A DNA stretch of 32,000 nucleotides, from positions 2,250,001-2,282,000 of the forward strand of contig NZ_CP027570.1 in the NCBI RefSeq assembly GCF_003010495.1, given 5' to 3'. Positions 15,758-22,287 of this stretch are shown here, piece after piece (the first letter of the stretch is position 1; every line of letters begins with the position of its first letter). The notes beneath the pieces were generated by a model. The model made no database searches, was not told the origin of the DNA, and saw only the letters and a program-made list of their open reading frames with translations. Both the position numbers and the translations under genes were made by a program. This DNA comes from Megasphaera elsdenii DSM 20460 (GTDB lineage Bacteria > Bacillota > Negativicutes > Veillonellales > Megasphaeraceae).

Positions 15758-16525
15758 ATGTACAACGACGAATACGCAGCTTCTGCAGCCGGTGCGGCCG
15801 CCAAGGTCGGCCTGCTGAAGAAGAACCCCTTAGGCTATTTCCTCATGTCGGCTTTAGCCGGCGCCTACATCGGCTTCGGTATCCTCCTGTCCTTTACCGT
15901 CAGCGGTACCCTCGGTGCTATTCCTATGACGAAGATCGCCATGGGCCTGTCCTTTGGCATCGCCTTGAGTCTGGTCGTCATCGCCGGGGCAGAACTGTTC
16001 ACGGGCAATGCCTTCGTCCTCTACAACGGCTGGCGTTCGAAGACGGTCACTTTGACGGACGTCGTCCGCCTGTGGGTCGTCTGCTACCTGGGCAACTGGT
16101 TCGGCGCCATCGTCTTGTCCCTGATTTTCTACGGTGCTGCCGGCACGGCTGGCGGCACCGGTCAGGCCCTGGCCAATGCCGCTGCCATGAAGATGAGCCT
16201 GCCGCCGCTGGTACTCTTCCTCAAAGGCATCCTCTGTAACGTCCTGGTCTGCCTGGCCGTCTGGTGCGGCTTCCGCTGTAAATCGGACAGCGGCAAACTG
16301 ATCATGGTCTTCTGGTGCCTCTACGCCTTCTTTACCTGTGGCTTTGAACACAGCGTAGCCAACATGACCGTCCTGACCCTGGGCCTGCTGAATCCCGCCG
16401 GCACGGCCGTCAGCGTCGGCGGTTATCTCTACAACCTGGCCTTTGTCACCTTGGGCAACATCGTCGGTGCCATCCTCTTCTTGTCCATTCCCTACGGCAT
16501 TGCAGCGAAGAAGATTGGTGATTAG
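15758..16525 (+). CDS. formate/nitrite transporter (FNT) family channel, probable hydrosulfide channel
   Basis: 255-aa six-TM FNT-like ORF (AGAELFTGN, FEHSVANM). Lies 10 nt after asrC with a GGGAGGAG RBS. Confidence 0.85.
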   Translation: MYNDEYAASAAGAAAKVGLLKKNPLGYFLMSALAGAYIGFGILLSFTVSGTLGAIPMTKIAMGLSFGIALSLVVIAGAELFTGNAFVLYNGWRSKTVTLTDVVRLWVVCYLGNWFGAIVLSLIFYGAAGTAGGTGQALANAAAMKMSLPPLVLFLKGILCNVLVCLAVWCGFRCKSDSGKLIMVFWCLYAFFTCGFEHSVANMTVLTLGLLNPAGTAVSVGGYLYNLAFVTLGNIVGAILFLSIPYGIAAKKIGD

Positions 16526-16553
16526 TGGCTCGTGGCTAGTGGTTCGTGGCTCT
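16519..16553 (+). repeat. heptad array TGATTAG TGGCTCG TGGCTAG TGGTTCG TGGCTCT in register with the FNT stop codon
   Basis: Five exact 7-nt units. The TAG of the first unit (16523-16525) is the gene's stop codon. The same words recur at 30257-30291 and on the minus strand at 30376-30417. Confidence 0.75.
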
Positions 16554-16620
16554 CCTTATAGGAGAGCTGTCAGCGAAGCTGACTGAGAGGTTGCTCTTTC
16601 TTTATAGTAGTCCGTGAGTT

Positions 16621-16697
16621 GTAGGGGCACACGTGGGATGCCCGTCAGGAATGATAGGACATATCCCGGAGCGGGCTCGCCACGTGCGAGCCCCTAC
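16621..16697. other. 77-nt extended stem-loop in the 3' UTR
   Basis: GTAGGGGC (16621-16628) pairs with GCCCCTAC (16690-16697). CACGTGG (16630-16636) pairs with CCACGTG (16680-16686). Preceded by hairpins at 16550-16566 and 16569-16583. Confidence 0.55.
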
Positions 16698-16705
16698 AGA
16701 AAAAA

Positions 16706-16736
16706 GGACCTGTCGCAAATGCGACAGGTCCTTTTT
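16706..16736. terminator. bidirectional intrinsic terminator shared by the asr-FNT operon and the convergent lexA-crp unit
   Basis: AAAAAA then GGACCTGTCGC, AAAT loop, GCGACAGGTCC, then TTTTT. Perfect 11-bp stem. Confidence 0.85.
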
Positions 16737-17398
16737 CAATACAGCGTCACGCGCTGCTGGTCTATTTCGATGAGGCCATCGGCCTTCATATGGCTCAGTT
16801 CCCGGGCTACGGCGGTCCGGTCGGCACAGAGGTAATCGGCCAGCTGGGTCCGGGTTATGGGGATGGTGAAGGTCGGACTGCCAACCTGTTCGGACTGGAA
16901 GGAGAAGTACGTCAGCAATTTCTTGCGCAGCGTTTTTTTGGAAATGACTTCGAGCTTTTCCAGGAGCTGGGCATTCTTATCGGCCATGAGGCGGAGCATG
17001 TTTTCAATGAGCTGAAAATGGAAGGGGCAGGCATTGGTACAGACATGCAGGACCTTGTGGAAGGGCAGGACCAGGAATTTCGTGTTCTTTACTGCCTGGA
17101 AGGTCACGATGGATTGAAGTACCGTACCACAGACAAAGGTTTCTCCAAAGAGACCGCCGCTGCGGATGACGGCCAGGACGGCCTTGTCGCCCCAGCGGTC
17201 TTCGTGGATCATGTGGATTTCTCCGCTGAGGACGATGCCGATGTAGCGCACTTCATCCTGAGCCAGGACCAGAAATTCGCCTTTGCGGACGGTCCGGACC
17301 CGCGCACCCAGGCAGGTGAGCATGGCCATGCGCTTGTCGGGGCTGATGCCGGTAAAGAAGGGGAGGTCATCGGGCAGGATGGGTAAAGAATCAGTCAT
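16736..17398 (-). CDS. Crp/Fnr family transcriptional regulator
   Basis: 220 aa with an N-terminal cNMP-binding-like beta-barrel (GEFLVLAQDE, GGLFGE) and a C-terminal HTH (TRTQLADYLCADRTAVARELSHMKADGLI). GGAGG RBS. Confidence 0.85.
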   Translation of the reverse strand: MTDSLPILPDDLPFFTGISPDKRMAMLTCLGARVRTVRKGEFLVLAQDEVRYIGIVLSGEIHMIHEDRWGDKAVLAVIRSGGLFGETFVCGTVLQSIVTFQAVKNTKFLVLPFHKVLHVCTNACPFHFQLIENMLRLMADKNAQLLEKLEVISKKTLRKKLLTYFSFQSEQVGSPTFTIPITRTQLADYLCADRTAVARELSHMKADGLIEIDQQRVTLY

Positions 17399-17410
17399 GC
17401 GAAAGACCTC

Positions 17411-18028
17411 CTAGTAACGGCGATAGAGACCGATGACTTTGCCCAGGATTTGGCAATCTCGGGTGTAAATCGGTTCATATTCGTCATTTTCCGGCTGCAG
17501 GCGGATCGTATCGGCTTCGTGGAAATAGCGTTTGACCGTTGCTTCCTCGCCGATGAGGGCGACGATGATTTCGCCGTTTTCTGCCGTTTCCTGGCGGCGG
17601 ACGATGAGCTGGTCCCCTTCGAGGATACCGGCGTTCTTCATGCTGTCCCCTTGGACGACGAGCATGAAGCAGTCGTCATTGCCGATGAAGTCCGCCGGGA
17701 AGGGATAGACGTCTTCGACACACTCTTCAGCAAAAATCGGCGCACCCGCCCGGACCTGGCCGACCAGGGGCAGGGGAACGACTTTCTTGGAACGCCACGA
17801 GCCTTCATCGAGGAGTTCGATGGTCCGGTTCTTGGCCGGGTCGCGGCGGATATAGCCCAGGTCTTCCAGGCGGTGGAGATAACCGTGGACCGTTGACGTC
17901 GAGCTCAGGCCGACTTCTTTGCAGATTTCCCGTACCGACGGGGGATAGCCGAATTTATGGACACACGTGCGGATATATTCCAGGATTTGTTTTTGACGGG
18001 TCGTCAGCATTTTTTCATTATTAATCAT
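17411..18028 (-). CDS. lexA: LexA repressor
   Basis: LTTRQKQILEYI, FGYPPSVREI, cleavage-region VGQVRAGAPI, S24 peptidase GDSMKNAGILEGD and ATVKRY. Confidence 0.93.
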   Translation of the reverse strand: MINNEKMLTTRQKQILEYIRTCVHKFGYPPSVREICKEVGLSSTSTVHGYLHRLEDLGYIRRDPAKNRTIELLDEGSWRSKKVVPLPLVGQVRAGAPIFAEECVEDVYPFPADFIGNDDCFMLVVQGDSMKNAGILEGDQLIVRRQETAENGEIIVALIGEEATVKRYFHEADTIRLQPENDEYEPIYTRDCQILGKVIGLYRRY

Positions 18029-18094
18029 ATATAATCACTCCAGTCTGGGAAAGTTATAGCAATTCCAGTATAAGCTACCCTTATTATAGCGAAA

Positions 18095-18123
18095 TTTATA
18101 AAAAAAATCAAACGTTTGTTCAA
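18095..18123 (-). promoter_or_regulatory. lexA promoter with overlapping SOS box
   Basis: On the minus strand: TTGAAC (18123-18118), 17-nt spacer, TATAAA (18100-18095). GAACAAACGTTT box (18121-18110) covers the -35 and spacer. Confidence 0.55.
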
Positions 18124-18129
18124 AATATC

Positions 18130-18213
18130 TTGACAAGAACAACCGTTCGACGGTATAATAAAACCGTCGACGAACGGTTGTTCTAAGAAATTTCGTTCTA
18201 AGAACGTTCGTTT
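18130..18213 (+). promoter_or_regulatory. promoter of the LysM gene with multiple GAAC-N4-GTTC SOS boxes
   Basis: TTGACA at 18130-18135, 18-nt spacer, TATAAT at 18154-18159. Boxes: GAACAACCGTTC at 18137-18148, GAACGGTTGTTC at 18172-18183, weaker GAAATTTCGTTC at 18187-18198 and GAACGTTCGTTT at 18202-18213. Confidence 0.65.
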
Positions 18214-18233
18214 TAAAGTCAGGAGTGATTGCC

Positions 18234-18536
18234 ATGAAATATGTCGTATTGGCCGTGCTGGCCCTCTTTATGTGTACACAGATTGGCTGGAGTTACCAGC
18301 CTTCGCAGGAATACCTTTCTGTTGCCGTCGAACCGGGGCAGACGGTCTGGCAGCTGGCCTCGGTCGCAGCCGGTGATGATATGGACGTGCGCCAGGTCGT
18401 CAATGAGATTTTAGAAGACAACGGCCTGACCGGGACCAGTGACATCCGTCCGGGCCAAATACTGCGCCTGCCCATCGCACCGGGCCGGGCCGAACAGGTG
18501 CGGACGGCGTTAGCACGGCAGCTGGTGGATCAATGA
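18234..18536 (+). CDS. YneA-like LysM-domain membrane protein (candidate SOS cell-division inhibitor)
   Basis: N-terminal TM segment plus a LysM-like segment (VEPGQTVWQLA ... IRPGQILRLP). Divergent from lexA. AGGAG at 18221-18225 lies 8 nt before ATG 18234. Confidence 0.7.
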   Translation: MKYVVLAVLALFMCTQIGWSYQPSQEYLSVAVEPGQTVWQLASVAAGDDMDVRQVVNEILEDNGLTGTSDIRPGQILRLPIAPGRAEQVRTALARQLVDQ

Positions 18537-19525
18537 GAATCTTCGGTAATCTTTAAGATCGGGTTGTCGATGAGGCGGTCCGCTTCGTCGATGTAGCGGC
18601 GGACAATGGCCTGCGACTTATGACGGGTCTGGCGCATGATCTGCCGTTCTTCGACGTGATGCTGGGCCGCCGACGTGGCAAAGCCATGGCGCAGGCTGTG
18701 GGCGCCGTAATCATCCGGATTCATACCCATCAGCCCGGCGTAGTGTTTGACGATGAGGGCGATTGATTTATCGGAAATCCGAGTTTTCCGAACATGATGC
18801 CCCTTCGTCAATCCCCGAAAAACCGGCCCCGTCGTAATCCCACTGATATCAAGCCATTTCTGCAAGGCCGTGACGGCACAGTATTCTTTATCCTTGACCA
18901 TGGGAATAGCAATCATCTGGCCCTGGTCGAACTGGTCTGTCTTCGATTTGCGCAGCGTAATGAGCAGGCCCAGGCGGGTGAACTTCAAGTCTTCCACGTC
19001 GATACCGGCCAGTTCCGACCGGCGCAGGGCCCCGTAGAAGCCGACCAGGAGAATGGCCTTGTCGCGGACCTGCTGGATTTCGTCGCCTTCGAGATAAGTC
19101 AGCATTTCCTTGATGTCGTCGAAGAGAATCGGTGCCTTGCCGTGCTGGATGGTCCCTTTCATGCGCTTGATGCCCCGCAGGGCGTTCTTGACGATGGGGT
19201 AGCGGCAGGGATTTTCTTTAAGACCGGCAGCGTCGAAATTTTCCGTCAGCGCGCTGATGCGCCGGGCAATGGTATTGGCCTTGGCATTGTCGGCCAGGTC
19301 GTTGATGTAATTGACGATGGTCTCTGGTTCAGCCGGGAACGACGACAGCTGGTGATAGCTGCACCAGTCACAGAAATCGTTCCAGTCCGAGCGGTAGGCG
19401 TCGACGGTATTGGCGGCCCGTGCCGTGTACAGGCTCTGGCGGGCTTTATTGGATAACTTATCATTTTGAGCAATGGCTTCACTGCGGCCGATGAAAAAAT
19501 TCGGCGCATCTGTCAAGTTAGACAA
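18530..19525 (-). CDS. Cre-like tyrosine site-specific recombinase
   Basis: C-terminal catalytic pattern AHSLRHGFAT ... RHKS ... VRRYI. N-terminal domain resembles P1 Cre (YRSDWNDFCDWC ... FPAEPETIVNYI versus Cre FPAEPEDVRDYL). TTG start with AAGGAGG 7 nt upstream. Confidence 0.88.
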   Translation of the reverse strand: MSNLTDAPNFFIGRSEAIAQNDKLSNKARQSLYTARAANTVDAYRSDWNDFCDWCSYHQLSSFPAEPETIVNYINDLADNAKANTIARRISALTENFDAAGLKENPCRYPIVKNALRGIKRMKGTIQHGKAPILFDDIKEMLTYLEGDEIQQVRDKAILLVGFYGALRRSELAGIDVEDLKFTRLGLLITLRKSKTDQFDQGQMIAIPMVKDKEYCAVTALQKWLDISGITTGPVFRGLTKGHHVRKTRISDKSIALIVKHYAGLMGMNPDDYGAHSLRHGFATSAAQHHVEERQIMRQTRHKSQAIVRRYIDEADRLIDNPILKITEDSH

Positions 19526-19542
19526 CAGAAAACCTCCTTTTC

Positions 19543-19582
19543 AGGCGCTTTACAAGAACAACTTGTAGATACGCCTTTTTTT
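19543..19582 (+). terminator. plus-strand intrinsic terminator-like hairpin just beyond the recombinase start
   Basis: AGGCGCTTTACAAG, AACAA loop, CTTGTAGATACGCCT (about 13 bp paired) followed by 7 T. No plus-strand CDS ends nearby. Confidence 0.5.
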
Positions 19583-19623
19583 GGTATACAATAGAATCAA
19601 ATAGGGAAAGAAGGGGAGTTGTT

Positions 19624-20301
19624 ATGGCAATCCGCAATGGTCCTTTATGGGACAAAGTGCTGAAAATCGCAGTCTGTCTGGGCCTGTTCCTGGCTTTTTG
19701 GGGTGTCCAGTGGGTCATCCCCGATTTCTATCAGGAACTGTTCCGGCTCAGCCTGGCTGGCGACGTGGACGGCCTTATCGATTATATTTCATCCTTTGGC
19801 ATCTATGCGGCCCTCATCAGTATCTTCATGATCACCGTCACGGATATGACCGGCCTGCCGTCGATTCCCTTCCTGACGGTCAATGGGGCCATTTTCGGAC
19901 TCGTGCCGGGCCTTATCATTTCCTGGGTTGGCGAAGTCCTGGGGACGGAACTGAGCTTCGTTATCTTGCGGACCGTCTTACGCCGCCAGGCCATCCACGT
20001 CATTTCCCGCCATCACCTTAGGAACCAGCTCGACCGGTACAGCCGCTTCCGGACGCTGGCCGCAGCCCGGTCCATCCCATATATCCCCAACGTACCGTTT
20101 ACAGCTATCGCTGCCGTCAGCCATCTCAGCCAGAAAGACCATTTTCTGGCAACAGCTGCCGGCAAGGTACCGCGGGTCGTCATCGAAGTCCTCTTGGGCC
20201 ATGACCTCATCCATATCAGCCAGCACAGCGGCCGCCTGGCTTTCTGGGTCGTCCTGACGGTCCTGATCTGTTACTTCTGGCACCGCCATCAGCAGGCTTA
20301 G
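19624..20301 (+). CDS. TVP38/TMEM64 (DedA-related, VTT domain) family membrane protein
   Basis: 225-aa multi-TM ORF. The segment LPSIPFLTVNGAIFGLVPGLIISWVGEVLGTELSFVILR resembles the VTT-domain core. Confidence 0.7.
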   Translation: MAIRNGPLWDKVLKIAVCLGLFLAFWGVQWVIPDFYQELFRLSLAGDVDGLIDYISSFGIYAALISIFMITVTDMTGLPSIPFLTVNGAIFGLVPGLIISWVGEVLGTELSFVILRTVLRRQAIHVISRHHLRNQLDRYSRFRTLAAARSIPYIPNVPFTAIAAVSHLSQKDHFLATAAGKVPRVVIEVLLGHDLIHISQHSGRLAFWVVLTVLICYFWHRHQQA

Positions 20302-20493
20302 CGGCCGAAGAGGACCATGATGATGCCGCCTAAGGTCGGCATGGCGACGATAGCCTCTTTAAGCAAGGGTTTCGGCGCTAAGTGCGTGAATTTTGCTCCG
20401 ACATAGGCACGAAAATCATAATAAAAAATTCCCCCTAATATATGATATAATTTGTATTATACCATATATTAAGGGAAAGAAAGGACCATATCT

Positions 20494-21300
20494 ATGAATA
20501 TTACTGTTTATCTCGGTTCCCGTTGTGGGAACCAACCTTGTTATGCTGATTATGCCTATGCGTTAGGGGCCTGGATTGCCCACCATGGTCATACGCTCGT
20601 TTACGGCGGCAGCCGGACCGGGCTCATGGGAAAACTAGCTGACGGGGCTTTGCAGGCCGGGGGGCAGGTCATCGGCGTGGAACCGCAGTTCTTTATGGAT
20701 GAGGAATTACAGCATGAAGGCTTGACAAAACTGATTGTGACGCCAGATATGACGTCGCGCAAGCAACAGATGATGGACTTAGGCGATATTTTTCTAGCCT
20801 TTCCCGGCGGCATCGGGACGCTGGAAGAAATCAGCCAGGTCATGAGCCAGGTAAAACTGCACCAGTTGGAAGGGCGCTTTGCCTTTCTCGACTTCAATGG
20901 CTATTATCAGCCCATGAAAGCCTTGATCCAGCAGATGAGCGCCGAAGGATTCGTCGATAAGGCCTGGGCTGATGCCGTGCCTTTCGTATCATCCTTTGCG
21001 GAGCTCACAGCCTTTGTCCTCGGCCGCGATTTGCCAAAACCGGGCGAAACGTGGCGCCATTTCAAGAACCATATGTACCGCATCCTCGATTTAGCGGATG
21101 ACGCCGAAACGGGTGAGACCTACGTCGTCTATAAGACCTTGTATGGCGAATACCGCGATTTCATCCGCCCTCTGGACATGTTCCTCAGCGAAGTGGATCA
21201 TGAGAAGTATCCCGACGTCCCACAAAAATGGCGCTTTGAAAAAACGGCGGGCCTTTGTTCCTGGAATCCGGCTATTTCCAGTCAATATCTGAAAAAGTGA
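20494..21300 (+). CDS. LOG family (TIGR00730) nucleotide hydrolase fused to a C-terminal DUF1653-like domain
   Basis: LOG motifs YGGSRTGLMG and PGGIGTLEE in roughly aa 1-180. The tail WRHFKNHMYRILDLADDAETGETYVVYKTLYGEYRDFIRPLDMFL resembles DUF1653. Confidence 0.75.
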   Translation: MNITVYLGSRCGNQPCYADYAYALGAWIAHHGHTLVYGGSRTGLMGKLADGALQAGGQVIGVEPQFFMDEELQHEGLTKLIVTPDMTSRKQQMMDLGDIFLAFPGGIGTLEEISQVMSQVKLHQLEGRFAFLDFNGYYQPMKALIQQMSAEGFVDKAWADAVPFVSSFAELTAFVLGRDLPKPGETWRHFKNHMYRILDLADDAETGETYVVYKTLYGEYRDFIRPLDMFLSEVDHEKYPDVPQKWRFEKTAGLCSWNPAISSQYLKK

Positions 21301-21303
21301 ATG

Positions 21304-22185
21304 TTAATAGATGATGACCGGTGTATTTTTGTCGACGTTTTTATAGATTTTCGCGGCACTGGCCGGCGGCAGGTTCAAACAACCATGAGAGCCGTTCGAT
21401 TTGTAAATCTGGCCACCGAACGAGGAACGCCACGGTGCGTCATGAAGGCCGACATTGCAGTTGAAAGGCATCCAGTATTTGACTTTTGAGTCGTAGCCTT
21501 GACCGCTCAGGGTGGCATTTTGTGTCTTATAAGTCAGGCCGTAAATGCCCTTGGGCGTACCGTGCTTACGTGTCGGATTGCCCGAGACGAGATAGCTTTG
21601 GAGAAGGCACTGGCCGTCTTTATAGAGCCATAGCTGCTGGTCCTTCAGACTAACTTCGATGTACGTCGTACCCCAGTCTTGATGGCCGTGGACCGCAGCC
21701 GTCTGGGCGTAGACTGGTTCGCAGACCGTGCTCTGCTTCTGGGCCAGGAGGTCTAGCAGGTGGGCCGTTTCCTTTTCTTGGTCGATGCGCCAGCCGTAAT
21801 CACCTTCGCTGATCGTGATGTCCTGACCGCCAGAAGTGTGGAAAGTCCGCGGCGTATAGGCCGTATCGTATTTGTCGGCCAGTTCTTTGACGAAGGCCCA
21901 AACCTGCTGCGGGTCAAAGGTGACCTGGCCGTTGGCATCGGTTCTGAGCCAGGAGACGATGCGGCCGCCGTCGAGGGTCTCGCTCTTATCGCCGAACTGA
22001 TAAGTGATGGCCACGCCAGCGTAATCCTTCTGGGCTTCTTCCAGCGGCGTCAAAGAAACCGGTGCAGCTTCCTTCGACACCAGGAACTTTTCGGCCTGTC
22101 CGCCTGAGAGGGCAAAGACCCCGCTGCCGACCAGAAGTCCAAGACAGACAGTTCCGAGAATTAGAAAATAGTGCTTTCGCTCCAT
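21304..22185 (-). CDS. L,D-transpeptidase (YkuD domain) with N-terminal membrane anchor
   Basis: Catalytic motif GLHDAPW ... SNGSHGCLNLP near the C-terminus. N-terminal TM helix. Confidence 0.85.
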   Translation of the reverse strand: MERKHYFLILGTVCLGLLVGSGVFALSGGQAEKFLVSKEAAPVSLTPLEEAQKDYAGVAITYQFGDKSETLDGGRIVSWLRTDANGQVTFDPQQVWAFVKELADKYDTAYTPRTFHTSGGQDITISEGDYGWRIDQEKETAHLLDLLAQKQSTVCEPVYAQTAAVHGHQDWGTTYIEVSLKDQQLWLYKDGQCLLQSYLVSGNPTRKHGTPKGIYGLTYKTQNATLSGQGYDSKVKYWMPFNCNVGLHDAPWRSSFGGQIYKSNGSHGCLNLPPASAAKIYKNVDKNTPVIIY

Positions 22186-22287
22186 GAAAAATCATTCCTT
22201 CAATTACACTTTAAGATAAATCTTTTCTCAATGTATCACAAATTGTAAAGGAATGCAAGGAAAGCAGCCAATATCTGAAGCAGTGAA

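Noticed and set aside
3645-15804. Other long antisense or alternate-frame ORFs across the sulfur cluster (for example 3645-4565, 6125-7180, 7923-8984, 9502-10449, 11123-12055, 12871-13917 and 14719-15804 on the minus strand, and 5528-6238 on the plus strand).
   Set aside because: Each lies wholly inside a sense gene with clear family motifs. Their products are compositionally biased and motif-free. They are explained by the sense genes' third-position GC bias.
16614-16835. 73-aa plus-strand ORF across the stem-loop, the terminator and the 3' end of the Crp/Fnr gene.
   Set aside because: It runs through a perfect terminator hairpin and antisense to a supported gene, and has no RBS.
18035-18235. 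66-aa minus-strand ORF in the lexA / LysM intergenic region.
   Set aside because: It spans both promoters and all the SOS boxes and has no RBS. It is an AT-rich chance ORF.
20300-20425. Minus-strand frame reading ...YDFRAYVGAKFTHLAPKPLLKEAIVAMPTLGGIIMVLFGR-stop. It looks like the C-terminus of a membrane protein.
   Set aside because: The frame has no start codon or RBS, is under 50 codons, and is bounded upstream by a stop inside the LOG promoter region. It may be a gene remnant, but the evidence is too weak to call as a feature.
21298-21306. Convergent LOG-fusion and L,D-transpeptidase genes whose stop codons are only 3 nt apart, with no terminator.
   Set aside because: The observation is real, but it is a common arrangement in compact genomes. 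No specific hypothesis is supported by the sequence.
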